DNA of 64,000 nucleotides from an uncultured Actinomycetota bacterium (GCA_963753435.1 CAVWCF010000001.1:224001-288000); one strand, 5' to 3'; shown: positions 40,816 to 51,186, counted from the first letter of the stretch. The notes: generated by a model not told the origin, from the letters alone. Program-made: numbers and translations.

Positions 40816-43338
40816 GTGCTGCGCATAGCTTGGCGGAGTCTGGGCGCGCATAAGTTGCGCATGGCCCTGTCGCTGCTTGCCGTCGTGCTTGGGGTGGCTT
40901 TCGTCGCGGGCACCTTGGTCTTCACCGACACGCTGCGCAGCACGTTCGAGGAATTGTTCGGGCAGACCGAGACCGACGTAGTCGTTACGCCGACCCAGGA
41001 GTTCGTCAACGAGAACATCACCGGGACCATCCCTGACTCGGTCCGCGCAGACGTCGCCGAGGTGGACGGCGTTGCTCGCGTAGTTGCGATCGTGCAGACC
41101 AACGGCGTGACGATCATCGACGCCGAAGGTGACCCCGTGGGGACGCTGGGCGCCCCCAACTTCGGTGTTACCTGGAACGACGATGAGCAACTGTCGCCGT
41201 TGCGGCTGGTTGACGGTCGCGGTCCGACCACCCCTAGCGAGGTGGCAATCGACTCCCAGTCCGCGGAGTCGGGGTCCATCAGCGTGGGCGATCGAATCAG
41301 GTTGGTGACTCCGGGGCCCTTGCTGGAAAGCACCGTTGTCGGGATCTTCCGGTTCGGCACGAGCGGCAACCTGGCCGGGGCCACGCTCGCCGCATTCGAG
41401 CCCGCCTACTCACAGGAGCTGTTGACCGCCCCCGGGGAATGGACCGAGATTTCGGCGCTGGGCGAAGAAGGCGTGTCGCAAGAGGAGTTGGCTGAGCGGG
41501 TCCGCGCAGTGGTTCCCAGCGACTATCAGGTCCAGACGGGCCAGGAAGCCGAGGACGAGGCGGCGGCGCAGTTGTCTGAGGGGTTGGCGTTCTTCAACGT
41601 GTTCCTCCTGGTCTTCGCGCTGATCGCGCTATTCGTGGGCACGTTCCTGATCCTCAACACCTTCTCGATGCTGGTTGCTCAGCGAACCAAGGAGTTGGCC
41701 CTGTTGCGCGCCCTGGGGGCCAACCGCCGGCAGGTGACCACCTCGTTGCTGGTCGAAGCAGCCATTGTCGGACTGCTCGGCGGGGCACTTGGGCTGCTTC
41801 TGGGCGTGGGCCTGGCTGTCGGATTGCAGGGGCTCTTTGGTGCCATCGGTCTGGAGATTCCGTCCAGCGGCCTGATCATCCAATGGCAGACGATCGCCAT
41901 CGGGCTCGTGCTGGGCGTGGTGGTAACGGTGGTGGCCGCGCTGCTGCCGGCGTTGCGCGCTGCCCGCGTGCCCCCGGTGGCCGCTATGCGCGATGACCTG
42001 GTGCTGCCGACACGGTCGCTTCGCGTGCGGACAGTGATCGGGATCGTCCTGATTTCCCTTGCGGTCCTCGGTGCGGTCGGCGGAGTCGCCAGCGCCGGCG
42101 ACTCCGGCTCCCGAGCGTCAGCGTTCGTCGGCTTGGGTGCCCTACTTGGCCTGGTGGGAGCCATCGTGCTGTCGCCGGCGTTGTCCGGGCCGGTGGTCGC
42201 GGTTCTGGGCTGGCCCTGGCGCCGCAGCATGGTTGGCCGACTGGCCACCGGCAACGCCCGCCGCAATCGACGTCGGACGGCAACCACCGCATCCGCCCTG
42301 ATGATCGGTCTGACACTGGTCAGCGCTATCGGCGTTCTAGGTGCGTCGACCACGGCCTCGACTGATGCAACCGTCGACGACGTCCTCGGGGCGGACTTCA
42401 TCATCACCAGTCGCACGTTCCAGCCGTTTACGACCGAGGTGAGCACCAAGGCCGCGCAGGTGCCCGGCGTGGAAACCGTTTCCACCGTCCTGATAGAGCC
42501 GGCGCAGGTGAACGGTTCTGGGGCCGACATCGTCGGTATCCAGGCGGAGTCGGTCAACGACGTCCTGGCCGTCGAGGTAATCGAAGGCACTCTGGAATCG
42601 GTTGACGACGGTGACCTGATCGTGGACAGCACCACCGCTGCTGACGCGAATGTCGCGGTCGGGGACACCGTGGATGTGCTGTGGCAGGGCGGCCCGGAGC
42701 AGTATCGAATCGGCGGCGTATACGAGGCCGGGCCGTTGTTTTCCGGTTTCGTAGGAGCTCGCGAGACGCTCGTGGCCGCCGGAGCCCGGGACCAGGACTT
42801 CCAAGTGCTCATCACCGCCGAGCCCGCCGCCGACATAGTGCAGGTGCGCGCGGGCCTGGACGCCGTCGTGGAGCAGTACCCCACGGTGCAAATTCAAGAC
42901 CAGACCGAGTTCAAGGAGCAGATCCGCGCGCAGATCAACCAGTTGCTGTTCATCGTTTACGCCCTGCTCGGTCTGGCCGTAGTCATTGCGATCCTGGGGA
43001 TCGTCAACACGTTGGCACTATCGGTCGTGGAACGAACGCGTGAGATCGGCCTTCTGCGTGCCATCGGCATCAGCCGTGGCCAACTGCGGTCCACGATCCG
43101 GATCGAGTCGTTGCTTATCGCTGTCTACGGGGCGGTCTTGGGCGTCGTGCTGGGTGTCACCTTCGGCGCGTTGCTGCAGCGAGCCCTATCCGGCTCCGGC
43201 ATCACCGAACTGGCTATCCCGTGGACGTTGCTGATCGTCGTTCTGGTGCTCGCCGCCGTCGTTGGCGTGATTGCGGCGGTCTGGCCGGCGCGACGTGCCG
43301 CGAAACTGGACATCCTGCAGGCGATCGCAACGGAGTGA
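40816..43338 (+). CDS. ABC exporter permease (double FtsX/MacB domains)
   Basis: NTFSMLVAQRTKELALLRALGA and NTLALSVVERTREIGLLRAIG repeats; about 10 TM segments. Confidence 0.92.
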   Translation: MLRIAWRSLGAHKLRMALSLLAVVLGVAFVAGTLVFTDTLRSTFEELFGQTETDVVVTPTQEFVNENITGTIPDSVRADVAEVDGVARVVAIVQTNGVTIIDAEGDPVGTLGAPNFGVTWNDDEQLSPLRLVDGRGPTTPSEVAIDSQSAESGSISVGDRIRLVTPGPLLESTVVGIFRFGTSGNLAGATLAAFEPAYSQELLTAPGEWTEISALGEEGVSQEELAERVRAVVPSDYQVQTGQEAEDEAAAQLSEGLAFFNVFLLVFALIALFVGTFLILNTFSMLVAQRTKELALLRALGANRRQVTTSLLVEAAIVGLLGGALGLLLGVGLAVGLQGLFGAIGLEIPSSGLIIQWQTIAIGLVLGVVVTVVAALLPALRAARVPPVAAMRDDLVLPTRSLRVRTVIGIVLISLAVLGAVGGVASAGDSGSRASAFVGLGALLGLVGAIVLSPALSGPVVAVLGWPWRRSMVGRLATGNARRNRRRTATTASALMIGLTLVSAIGVLGASTTASTDATVDDVLGADFIITSRTFQPFTTEVSTKAAQVPGVETVSTVLIEPAQVNGSGADIVGIQAESVNDVLAVEVIEGTLESVDDGDLIVDSTTAADANVAVGDTVDVLWQGGPEQYRIGGVYEAGPLFSGFVGARETLVAAGARDQDFQVLITAEPAADIVQVRAGLDAVVEQYPTVQIQDQTEFKEQIRAQINQLLFIVYALLGLAVVIAILGIVNTLALSVVERTREIGLLRAIGISRGQLRSTIRIESLLIAVYGAVLGVVLGVTFGALLQRALSGSGITELAIPWTLLIVVLVLAAVVGVIAAVWPARRAAKLDILQAIATE

Positions 43339-43342
43339 GCGC

Positions 43343-44317
43343 GTGGTAAGTGAAGCTGCAGTTGTGCCCGCCCTGGGGCCCAGCTCTCGTCTCCGCTACC
43401 CGGTGCTGGCGGCCTGGGCCGCGGCATTCGGCCTGTTCGTGGCCGTTCGGGGCATCCCCCTGGACCGCGGCTGGCAGACGGTATGGGTGATCAGCGGGCT
43501 GCTGGCGTTGCGGGTCGGCTATCCGTGGGCCGACAAGGGCCGCATCGTCTTGGACTGGCTGCCCTTCCTGGCCTTGCTGTATCTGTACGACTACAGCAGA
43601 GGCCTGGCCGACGGGCTGGGGATGCCGGTGCACGTCAGCGATCTCCTCGCCACGGAGAAGGCCCTCTTCGGCGGCGAAGTGCCAACCATCTGGCTCCAGG
43701 ACCGCTTCTACGAGCCCGGCGTCGTCCAGTGGTATGACGTAGCCAACTCCCTTGTCTATTTCTCGCACTTCTTCGCGGTCTTCGCCATCGCCGCGGTGCT
43801 GTACGCGCGCAACCGGGAACTCTGGTTGCAGTGGGTCAGGCGGATCCTGGCGCTGTCCTTCGCGGCGCTGGTCACCTACGTGCTGCTCCCAGCCGCTCCG
43901 CCGTGGTTCGCCGCGGAGGCCGGCCTGACCGAGCCCGTGGCCCGGATCAGCAACCTCGGCTGGACTGCTCTCGGGCTGGAGGGCGCCGGTTCACTGATCG
44001 AGCGCGGACAGGCCGACGTGAATCTGGTCGCCGCCGTCCCGTCGCTGCACACCGGCTTCTCGGTGCTCATCTGCGCCTTCTTCATCACCCGGGTTCCCAA
44101 CTGGGCCAAGCCCCTGCTTGTGGCCTATCCGACTGCCATGGTGGTCACGCTGGTCTACTCCGGCGAGCACTACGTCGTGGACGCGCTCCTCGGTGTTGTC
44201 TACGTGCTGCTGGTCATGTGGGGGGTCGGCGCGTGGGAGCGCCGCCGGAGGCAAGCGGAATCAGCCGACGGACCCGGGGATGCTCAGGAGCCGACGGGGG
44301 TTGCGTCGGAAGTGTGA
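43343..44317 (+). CDS. PAP2-superfamily membrane protein (Aur1/IPC-synthase-like)
   Basis: PAAPPW, AAVPSLH, GEHYVVD motifs in a multi-TM protein. Confidence 0.85.
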   Translation: MVSEAAVVPALGPSSRLRYPVLAAWAAAFGLFVAVRGIPLDRGWQTVWVISGLLALRVGYPWADKGRIVLDWLPFLALLYLYDYSRGLADGLGMPVHVSDLLATEKALFGGEVPTIWLQDRFYEPGVVQWYDVANSLVYFSHFFAVFAIAAVLYARNRELWLQWVRRILALSFAALVTYVLLPAAPPWFAAEAGLTEPVARISNLGWTALGLEGAGSLIERGQADVNLVAAVPSLHTGFSVLICAFFITRVPNWAKPLLVAYPTAMVVTLVYSGEHYVVDALLGVVYVLLVMWGVGAWERRRRQAESADGPGDAQEPTGVASEV

Positions 44318-44469
44318 TCCTCGGCGTGTTTGGCGCGGAACTGCTCCAGCGCCTCATCGTCTTCGCAACTGGAGTGCAGGAACACCTCCCCACACCACTG
44401 GCAGATGACCTCGACGATCCCGCGGTCCCCGCGCGACTGCTCAGGTACCGGCCCCTTGGTAGTCAGCAT
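44284..44469 (-). CDS. Small hypothetical protein with CxxC...HxxxH (putative zinc finger)
   Basis: AAGGTGATC SD then ATG 44469; ICQWCGEVF...KHAEDH. Confidence 0.5.
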   Translation of the reverse strand: MLTTKGPVPEQSRGDRGIVEVICQWCGEVFLHSSCEDDEALEQFRAKHAEDHTSDATPVGS

Positions 44470-44591
44470 CCGGATCACCTTCTTCGCCGACCCATGCTTA
44501 TCGCAGCCCGGTTGGATTCGGAAGGGACCGAAGTCACCCCAACACCAGGGGCACCAGGGGCGCCGACTATCGGGCGTCCAGTTGCGTGGTG

Positions 44592-44611
44592 GCGGGCAGA
44601 AGCACTGCCCG
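44592..44611 (-). terminator. Short hairpin downstream of the HAD gene
   Basis: Minus strand CGGGCAG-TGCTT-CTGCCCG; no U tail. Confidence 0.35.
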
Positions 44612-44670
44612 TCAGCCTCAGGCCACCGATCGCCGCGGACCGCCCGCTGAAGTCGACCTCGGCGCCGAAC

Positions 44671-45321
44671 CTACAAATGTGAGCCCAGAAGCTCCTGCAG
44701 CAGCGGGACGGACAGTTCTGCGAGCGAATCGACCACGTGGCGACCCGGTCCCACGGGGATCGGGACGGCGAACGGAACGGCGATGACTAGGCAGCCGGCG
44801 GCCTCCCCCGCTGCGACGCCGGTTGGGCTGTCCTCCAGAACTACGCAACGTCCTGGATCCACGCCGACGGCGACCGCGGCATGCAGATACGGATCGGGGT
44901 GCGGCTTGGTGCGGCTGGTGTCCTCCAGTGCGACCGTGACGGCGAAATGCTCGCCGCCGACGCTTGCCAGGACCGAGTCGACGAGGATCCGTGGCGATGC
45001 CGAAACCAAGCCGCAGGGAATCGCTGCATCCAGCAACTCGTCCAACAGGTCAACCGCACCCGGGCGGTGTTCGGTCCCGGAGGCGAGCAACTCCGCCATG
45101 GTCGCCACCAGAGCGGTCTCCATGACCGCCGCCGAATCGCCGGTGCGCTCGGCCATGTACGCAGACGTCCGGGACAGCGGACCGCCCACCTGGCTGGAGG
45201 AGTCGGCTTCGGTCCAGGGTTGCCCGTACGCGGCCATCACGGCGCTGCCGGCGTCCTGCCAAAGTCGCTCGGTGTCGACCAACAGACCGTCCATATCGAA
45301 GAAGACCGCTGCAAGGGTCAT
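44671..45321 (-). CDS. HAD family phosphatase (beta-PGM/CbbY-like)
   Basis: FFDMDGLLVDTE, VSAS, KPHPDPY, VLEDSPTG. Confidence 0.9.
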   Translation of the reverse strand: MTLAAVFFDMDGLLVDTERLWQDAGSAVMAAYGQPWTEADSSSQVGGPLSRTSAYMAERTGDSAAVMETALVATMAELLASGTEHRPGAVDLLDELLDAAIPCGLVSASPRILVDSVLASVGGEHFAVTVALEDTSRTKPHPDPYLHAAVAVGVDPGRCVVLEDSPTGVAAGEAAGCLVIAVPFAVPIPVGPGRHVVDSLAELSVPLLQELLGSHL

Positions 45322-45484
45322 CGGCCACGCTCTCCCAGAGGGCCCCGATGAGGCAGGCAATTGCGCCGCATTTGGTTCCCGTGCTCCTAGTTCAGTACCG
45401 CGTCATGTCACGGGGTCGCTTGAGATTTGGCTCGACACCCCGATGTCCGCAACCTAGTGCTGCTAACGGATCTAGGCTGCTCCC

Positions 45485-45790
45485 ATGAGCACCCCCGAAG
45501 AGATGAACCCGGTCCCAGCCAGTTCGCCCATCCCGACGTTCCCGGACGGCAAGCCGATGGTGGACGTCAACGGCCAACCTGCCAGCCCGAAGAGCCGTCT
45601 CGCAGCGGCGCTGCTCGCCTTCTTCCTCGGCGCCCTCGGTGTCCACCGCTTCTACGTGGGGAAGATCGGCACCGGCATCCTCATGATCGTCACCTTGGGT
45701 GGCCTGGGGATCTGGGTGATCATCGACCTCATCGTCATCCTGATCGGTTCCTTCAAGGACAAGCAAGACCGAGTCCTGTCGAACTGGTAG
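45485..45790 (+). CDS. TM2 domain protein
   Basis: KSRLAAALLAFFLG.LGVHRFYVGKIGTGIL...TLGGLGIW..IDLI. Confidence 0.9.
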   Translation: MSTPEEMNPVPASSPIPTFPDGKPMVDVNGQPASPKSRLAAALLAFFLGALGVHRFYVGKIGTGILMIVTLGGLGIWVIIDLIVILIGSFKDKQDRVLSNW

Positions 45791-45841
45791 TCGACCAGCC
45801 GACGGCCCCCGGCGCGGAGTATCCAGCTCTGCCGGGTCGGG

Positions 45842-48800
45842 TCAGCGGGCGTTGAAGTACTTGGCTTCCGGATGGTGGGCGACCAGCGCTGACGTGGACT
45901 GCTCCGGGTGCAGCTGGAACTCCTCCGACAGCGTCACCCCGATCCGTTCGGCGTCGAGGAGTTCCATCAGCGGGACCTGCTGCTCCAGGTCCGGGCACGC
46001 CGGGTAGCCGAAGGAGTACCGCGAGCCCCGGTAGCCCTGGCGGAAGATGTCGCCGAGGTCGGTGGCGTCCTCCGCGGCGACGGCCAACTCGGCTCGCACC
46101 CGGGCATGCCAGAACTCCGCCAGCGCCTCGGTCAACTGCACCGATAGACCGTGTAGTTCCAGGTAGTCACGGTAGGAGTCATCGGCAAACAATTTCGCCG
46201 CTGCATCGTCAATGGCCTGCCCCATGGTCACGACCTGGAACGCCACCACGTCTGGCTGCGAACCCTTGGGGCGGAAGAAGTCGGCCAGGCACAGGTGCCG
46301 ATCGCGTCGCTGCCGCGGGAATGTGAACCGGGCTCGCTCCTGCCCCCGGTCGGGACCCTCGTGGTGCAGCACCACCAGGTCGTCCCCCTCCGAGAAGCAC
46401 GGGTAGTAGCCGTAGACGACCGCGGCCTCCAGCAGGCCGTCCGTCTGCAGCCGATCCAGCCACATGCGCAACCGGGGACGTCCTTCGGAGGCGACCAATT
46501 CGTCGTATCCGGGTCCCTCGCCCCGCGTGGGCTTCAGTCCCCACTGCCCAAGGAACAGTGCACGTTCATCCAAGTACTTCAGGTAGTCGGCCAACGCAAT
46601 GCCGCGGACAACCTGCGAGCCCCAGAACGGTGGCGTCGGAATGGGGTTGTCGACGGCAACGTCGGAGCGCTTGGGCAAGTCCGCCGGCGCCGACGCGCTA
46701 CTGCGATCCCGCACCACCCGTTTGCGGGGCTCCGGCAGTCCCGGCCCGCCTGCGCGCGCCGCTACCACTGCATCCATGAGCCGCAAGCCCTCAAAGGCGT
46801 CGCGGGCGTATCGCACCTCGCCGGCGTAGATTTCGGCGAGGTCGTGCTCGACGTAGGAGCGGGTCAGCGCCGCTCCCCCGAGTAGCACCGGCCACTGCGT
46901 GGCCACTCCGCGGGCGTTCATCTCCTCGAGGTTCTCCCGCATGACCACCGTTGACTTCACGAGCAAGCCGGACATTCCGATCGCGTCGGCGCTGTGTTCC
47001 TCAGCGGCAGCCAGAATCGTGCTGATCGGCTGCTTGATGCCCAAGTTGACGACCGTGTACCCGTTGTTGCTCAGGATGATGTCGACGAGGTTCTTGCCGA
47101 TGTCGTGCACGTCGCCCTTGACCGTCGCCAGCACGATCGTGCCCTTGCCGCGATCCGCCGAGGTCTCCATGTGCGGCTCCAAGTAGGCCACCGCCGCCTT
47201 CATGACTTCCGCGGATTGCAGCACGAACGGCAGTTGCATCTGCCCGGAGCCGAACAGGTCGCCGACCGTGCGCATGCCGGACAGCAGTGTGTCGTTGACG
47301 ATCTCCAGGGGCGGGCTCTGCTGCATGGCCGCATCGAGGTCGGCCTCCAGCCCCGGCCGGAAGCCGTCGACGATTCGCCGCTCCAAGCGCTCAAACACGC
47401 CGAGGCCGGCCAGTTCTTCTTCGATTGACTGCCCGGAGCCAGCGGCGGTGGCTCCTTCGAACATCGTGAGGAACACCGCCAGCGGGTCGTGGTCGGGGGT
47501 CCGCCGGTCGTAGATGAGGTCCAATGCCGCCTGACGTTGCTCGGCGGGGATCCGGTTGACCGGAAGGATCCGGCTCGGGTGCACGATCGCCGAATCCAGC
47601 CCCGCGCTGATGCACTCGTTAAGGAAGACGGAGTTGAGGACCTGCCGCGCGGCCGGGTTCAGGCCAAACGAAACGTTGGAGACACCCAGCGTGGTGTTCA
47701 CGTCCGGCCAGCGGCGCTTCACCTCGCGGATGGCGTCGATGGTCTCGATCGCGTCCCTGCGGGTCTCCTCCTGGCCGGTCGCGATGGGGAAGGTCAGGCA
47801 GTCGACGAGGATGTCGCTCACGGCCATCCCCCACCGCGTTGAGAGGTCGGAGATGAGCCTTTCCGCCACCGCGACTTTCCACTCCGCGGTCCGCGCCTGC
47901 CCCTCCTCGTCGATCGTCAACGCGACTACGGCGGCGCCGTGCTCGGCGACGAGGGGCATGATCTGGCCGTAGCGGCTGTCGTCCCCGTCGCCGTCCTCAA
48001 AGTTCACCGAATTGATGACTGCCCGGCCGCCGAGGTGCTCCAGGCCGGCGCGCAGCACCTCCGGCTCGGTGGAATCCAGCACGATCGGCAGAGTGGTCGC
48101 TGTGGCCAGCCGGGAGGCGACCTCGTGCATGTCGGCCGCACCATCGCGGCCGACGTAGTCGATGCAGACGTCCAGCATGTGCGCCCCGTCGCGCGTCTGG
48201 CTGCGCGCAATGTCCACGCAGTCGTCCCACCGCTCATCCAGAAGCGCCTCGCGGAAGGCCTTTGACCCATTGGCGTTGGTTCGCTCCCCGATCGCCAGGT
48301 ACGCGGTGTCCTGTCGGAACGGCACATGCACGTACAGGGAGGACGCGCCTGGCTCGGCGTGCGTGCGTCGCTGCTTCACTGGTCGGCCACCGACCCGCTG
48401 GACGACTTCACGAAGGTGTGCCGCGGTGGTGCCGCAGCAGCCACCAACGAGGCTCAACCCGAACTCACTGGTGAACCGGTCGTGAGCGTCGGCCAACTCG
48501 CTCGGTGTCAACGGGTAGGTGGCTCCCTCGGCACCCAGCACCGGCAGTCCGGCGTTCGGCATGGCGCTGATGGGGATGTCGCAGTTGCGGGACAGGTACC
48601 GCAGGTGCTCACTCATCTCTGCCGGCCCGGTCGCGCAGTTGAGCCCGATTGCGTCGACGCCTAGGGAGGTCAGCGCCGTGGCTGCGGCGGAGATCTCTGA
48701 TCCCAGCAGCATCGTCCCGGTGGTTTCGATGGTCACCTGGACCAGGATCGGCAGGTCCGCACCCGCGTCACGTGCGGCCCGTTTGGCCCCCAGGATCGCT

Positions 48801-49309
48801 GCCTTGGCTTGCAGCAGGTCTTGGACGGTCTCGATCAAGACTCCGTCCACACCGCCCGAGATCAGGCCGGCGACCTGCTCGGCGTAGGCGTCCCGCAGCC
48901 GCCCGAACGTGGTCGCACCCAGGCTTGGCAGTTTGGTGCCCGGTCCAACCGATCCCAGGACCCACCTTGGCTGCGAGGGCTCGCCGTAGCCGTCGGCGAC
49001 CTCGCGGGCCAGCCGGGCACCAGCCTCAGCCAGCTCCCGGATCCGGTGCTCGATTCCGTATTCGGCCAGGTTGGCCCAGTTGGCGCCGAACGTGTTGGTC
49101 TCCAGGACATCGACGCCGACGTCGAGGAAGGCCTGGTGAACGCCCTGCACGACATCGGGCCTGGTCACATTGAGGATCTCGTTGCAGCCGTCGTGCCCGT
49201 CGAAGTCATCCAGATCCAGGGACTCCGCCTGCAGCATCGTGCCCATCGCACCGTCGGCTACGACCACGCGCTCTTGAAGCGCAGCGCGAAGCAACTCGAC
49301 CCTGGACAC
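45842..49309 (-). CDS. metH: Cobalamin-dependent methionine synthase
   Basis: DGAMGT, GLNC, GGCCG, IGERTNANGSK, B12-binding GDVHDIGKNLV...SGL, RYSFGYPACP. Confidence 0.97.
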   Translation of the reverse strand: MSRVELLRAALQERVVVADGAMGTMLQAESLDLDDFDGHDGCNEILNVTRPDVVQGVHQAFLDVGVDVLETNTFGANWANLAEYGIEHRIRELAEAGARLAREVADGYGEPSQPRWVLGSVGPGTKLPSLGATTFGRLRDAYAEQVAGLISGGVDGVLIETVQDLLQAKAAILGAKRAARDAGADLPILVQVTIETTGTMLLGSEISAAATALTSLGVDAIGLNCATGPAEMSEHLRYLSRNCDIPISAMPNAGLPVLGAEGATYPLTPSELADAHDRFTSEFGLSLVGGCCGTTAAHLREVVQRVGGRPVKQRRTHAEPGASSLYVHVPFRQDTAYLAIGERTNANGSKAFREALLDERWDDCVDIARSQTRDGAHMLDVCIDYVGRDGAADMHEVASRLATATTLPIVLDSTEPEVLRAGLEHLGGRAVINSVNFEDGDGDDSRYGQIMPLVAEHGAAVVALTIDEEGQARTAEWKVAVAERLISDLSTRWGMAVSDILVDCLTFPIATGQEETRRDAIETIDAIREVKRRWPDVNTTLGVSNVSFGLNPAARQVLNSVFLNECISAGLDSAIVHPSRILPVNRIPAEQRQAALDLIYDRRTPDHDPLAVFLTMFEGATAAGSGQSIEEELAGLGVFERLERRIVDGFRPGLEADLDAAMQQSPPLEIVNDTLLSGMRTVGDLFGSGQMQLPFVLQSAEVMKAAVAYLEPHMETSADRGKGTIVLATVKGDVHDIGKNLVDIILSNNGYTVVNLGIKQPISTILAAAEEHSADAIGMSGLLVKSTVVMRENLEEMNARGVATQWPVLLGGAALTRSYVEHDLAEIYAGEVRYARDAFEGLRLMDAVVAARAGGPGLPEPRKRVVRDRSSASAPADLPKRSDVAVDNPIPTPPFWGSQVVRGIALADYLKYLDERALFLGQWGLKPTRGEGPGYDELVASEGRPRLRMWLDRLQTDGLLEAAVVYGYYPCFSEGDDLVVLHHEGPDRGQERARFTFPRQRRDRHLCLADFFRPKGSQPDVVAFQVVTMGQAIDDAAAKLFADDSYRDYLELHGLSVQLTEALAEFWHARVRAELAVAAEDATDLGDIFRQGYRGSRYSFGYPACPDLEQQVPLMELLDAERIGVTLSEEFQLHPEQSTSALVAHHPEAKYFNAR

Positions 49310-49399
49310 GCGCTGAGCCTAGGCGTTGGTCACGCGTCTGCTGAGCGCCCCTGGTGCCGCTACGGGCGCATTGACGCGGGCGCACAGTAGGTTCGAGCA

Positions 49400-50332
49400 G
49401 TGCTGCAACCACTCGGGGCCACCACCGCACCGCTGGCCGGGGATGACCTCGACCTGCCGGGGGCCGGCATCACGCTGCGGGGCACGCAATGGACCAATGG
49501 TGGACAGCCTGGCGCTACGCGGCCCGATGCGGCCCCAGCGGTGGTCCTACTGCACGGACTGAGTTCGCAGCGACGCTTCTTCAACCTGGTCGTGACCGGC
49601 CTGGCCGGTCTCGACGTGCTGGCGCTGGACCTCCGCGGTCACGGTGATTCCGAACGCCCCGACGGCCCCTATGACGTCGTTACCTGCGCCGCAGATGTGC
49701 TGGCAGCCGTCGAGGCCTGGCGTCCGCAAGGCGAACTCGTGCTCGTTGGGCACTCCTGGGGGGCTTCGGTGGCCGTTGCGGCCGCGGCGATGGGTGGAGA
49801 CCGCGTCGCAGCCGCGGTGGCGATCGACGGCGGGGCGTTTCCGAACGTCGAGGCCCAACGGCGCGGACAGTTGCGTGAGGTGCTGACTCCTCCGCGCCTG
49901 GCGCTACCGCCGAACGAGGTGGCGCAGTTGTACGCGAGTGGCCCGCTGGCTCCCTGGTGGACCGGCGCGCACGCCGATGCCGTATTGCCCGGCTGGGCCG
50001 TGGACGCTGACGGTCTGGCGCGCAGCCGGTTGGGTTTCGACCGGCACATGGCCGTGTTGGACGGGCTGCTCGAACACGATGGCGAGCAGGCCCTGGCCGA
50101 GGTGCTGGCCCCGTTGTGGCTGGTCACCTGTGAGCCGCCGAGCGCCAGCGCCGACGTTGAAGAATGGGTTCAGCGGCGGGAGGCGGTGCTGCAGCGGGCG
50201 CTGGCCGAGCGCTCGAATCGTCGGCTGCTTCGCTGGACCGGGGCCCTGCACGACGTCCCGTTGCAGTGGCCAGAACTCGTTGCTGGTCTGATTCGGACGG
50301 TTGCCGCCGAGGCGCAGGCAGGAGTGCGTTGA
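49400..50332 (+). CDS. Alpha/beta hydrolase
   Basis: LLHG, DLRGHGDS, GHSWG nucleophile elbow, C-terminal HDVP. Confidence 0.88.
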   Translation: MLQPLGATTAPLAGDDLDLPGAGITLRGTQWTNGGQPGATRPDAAPAVVLLHGLSSQRRFFNLVVTGLAGLDVLALDLRGHGDSERPDGPYDVVTCAADVLAAVEAWRPQGELVLVGHSWGASVAVAAAAMGGDRVAAAVAIDGGAFPNVEAQRRGQLREVLTPPRLALPPNEVAQLYASGPLAPWWTGAHADAVLPGWAVDADGLARSRLGFDRHMAVLDGLLEHDGEQALAEVLAPLWLVTCEPPSASADVEEWVQRREAVLQRALAERSNRRLLRWTGALHDVPLQWPELVAGLIRTVAAEAQAGVR

Positions 50333-51186
50333 TGGAACTGGACCATGTGCCCGACCTGGTGGACCCGGTGATGCTGGCCGCTTTCGAGGGCTGGAACGAC
50401 GCCGGCGAGGCCGCCTCGGATGCAATCGCCTTCTTGGCCGACGCCTGGCAGGCCAGCATCGTCGGGGAAATGGATCCGGAGGACTACTACGACTTCCAGG
50501 TGAACCGGCCCCTTATCTCCACCGCGGACGACGGGCAGCGCCGCCTGCAGTGGCCGACGACACGCCTGCTGGTCGCCCGTCCCCCCTTGCAGCAGCGCGA
50601 CATCGTCTTGGTCCAGGGAATCGAACCGAGCATGCGGTGGCGCGGCTACACGGCAGAACTCCTCGGTGCGGCCTACGACCTGGGCGTGGAGATGGTGATC
50701 ACGTTGGGTGCTCTGCTCGCCGACACCCCGCATACCCGACCGGTCCCCGTGACTGGGACAACCTCTGATGCGGACATGCGGGAACGGCTGGGACTGGAGG
50801 CGTCCCGCTACGAAGGGCCGACCGGGATTGTGGGTGTGGTTCAGGAGGCCTGCAGCAGCGCCGGTCTGCCGGCGGCCTCGCTGTGGGCTGCGGTCCCGCA
50901 CTACGTCGCGGCGCCGCCGTCCCCCAAGGCGATGATGGCGCTGCTGCGGACCGTGGAGGACCTATTGGAGGTGCCCATCCCCATGGGCGACCTGGCCGAC
51001 GAGGCGCGGGCCTGGCAGACCGGTGCGGACGAACTGGCCGAAGAGGACGAGGAGATCGGCTCCTACGTTCGGGGTTTGGAAGAGGCTCAGGACGCGGCCG
51101 AACTGCCCGAAGCCTCCGGCGAGGCGATCGCTCGGGAGTTCGAGCGTTTCCTGCGCCGCCAGGGCGACGACCCGCCGCCCGGGTAG
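50332..51186 (+). CDS. PAC2 family (proteasome assembly chaperone-like) protein
   Basis: AAFEGWNDAGEAAS, YYDFQVNRP, EPSMRW, PHTRP, WAAVPHY, IAREFERFLR. Confidence 0.92.
   Translation: MELDHVPDLVDPVMLAAFEGWNDAGEAASDAIAFLADAWQASIVGEMDPEDYYDFQVNRPLISTADDGQRRLQWPTTRLLVARPPLQQRDIVLVQGIEPSMRWRGYTAELLGAAYDLGVEMVITLGALLADTPHTRPVPVTGTTSDADMRERLGLEASRYEGPTGIVGVVQEACSSAGLPAASLWAAVPHYVAAPPSPKAMMALLRTVEDLLEVPIPMGDLADEARAWQTGADELAEEDEEIGSYVRGLEEAQDAAELPEASGEAIAREFERFLRRQGDDPPPG

Noticed and set aside
49310-49399. Cobalamin or SAM riboswitch upstream of metH
   Set aside because: The gap is only 90 bp, both divergent genes look leaderless, and no B12-box or SAM motifs are seen.
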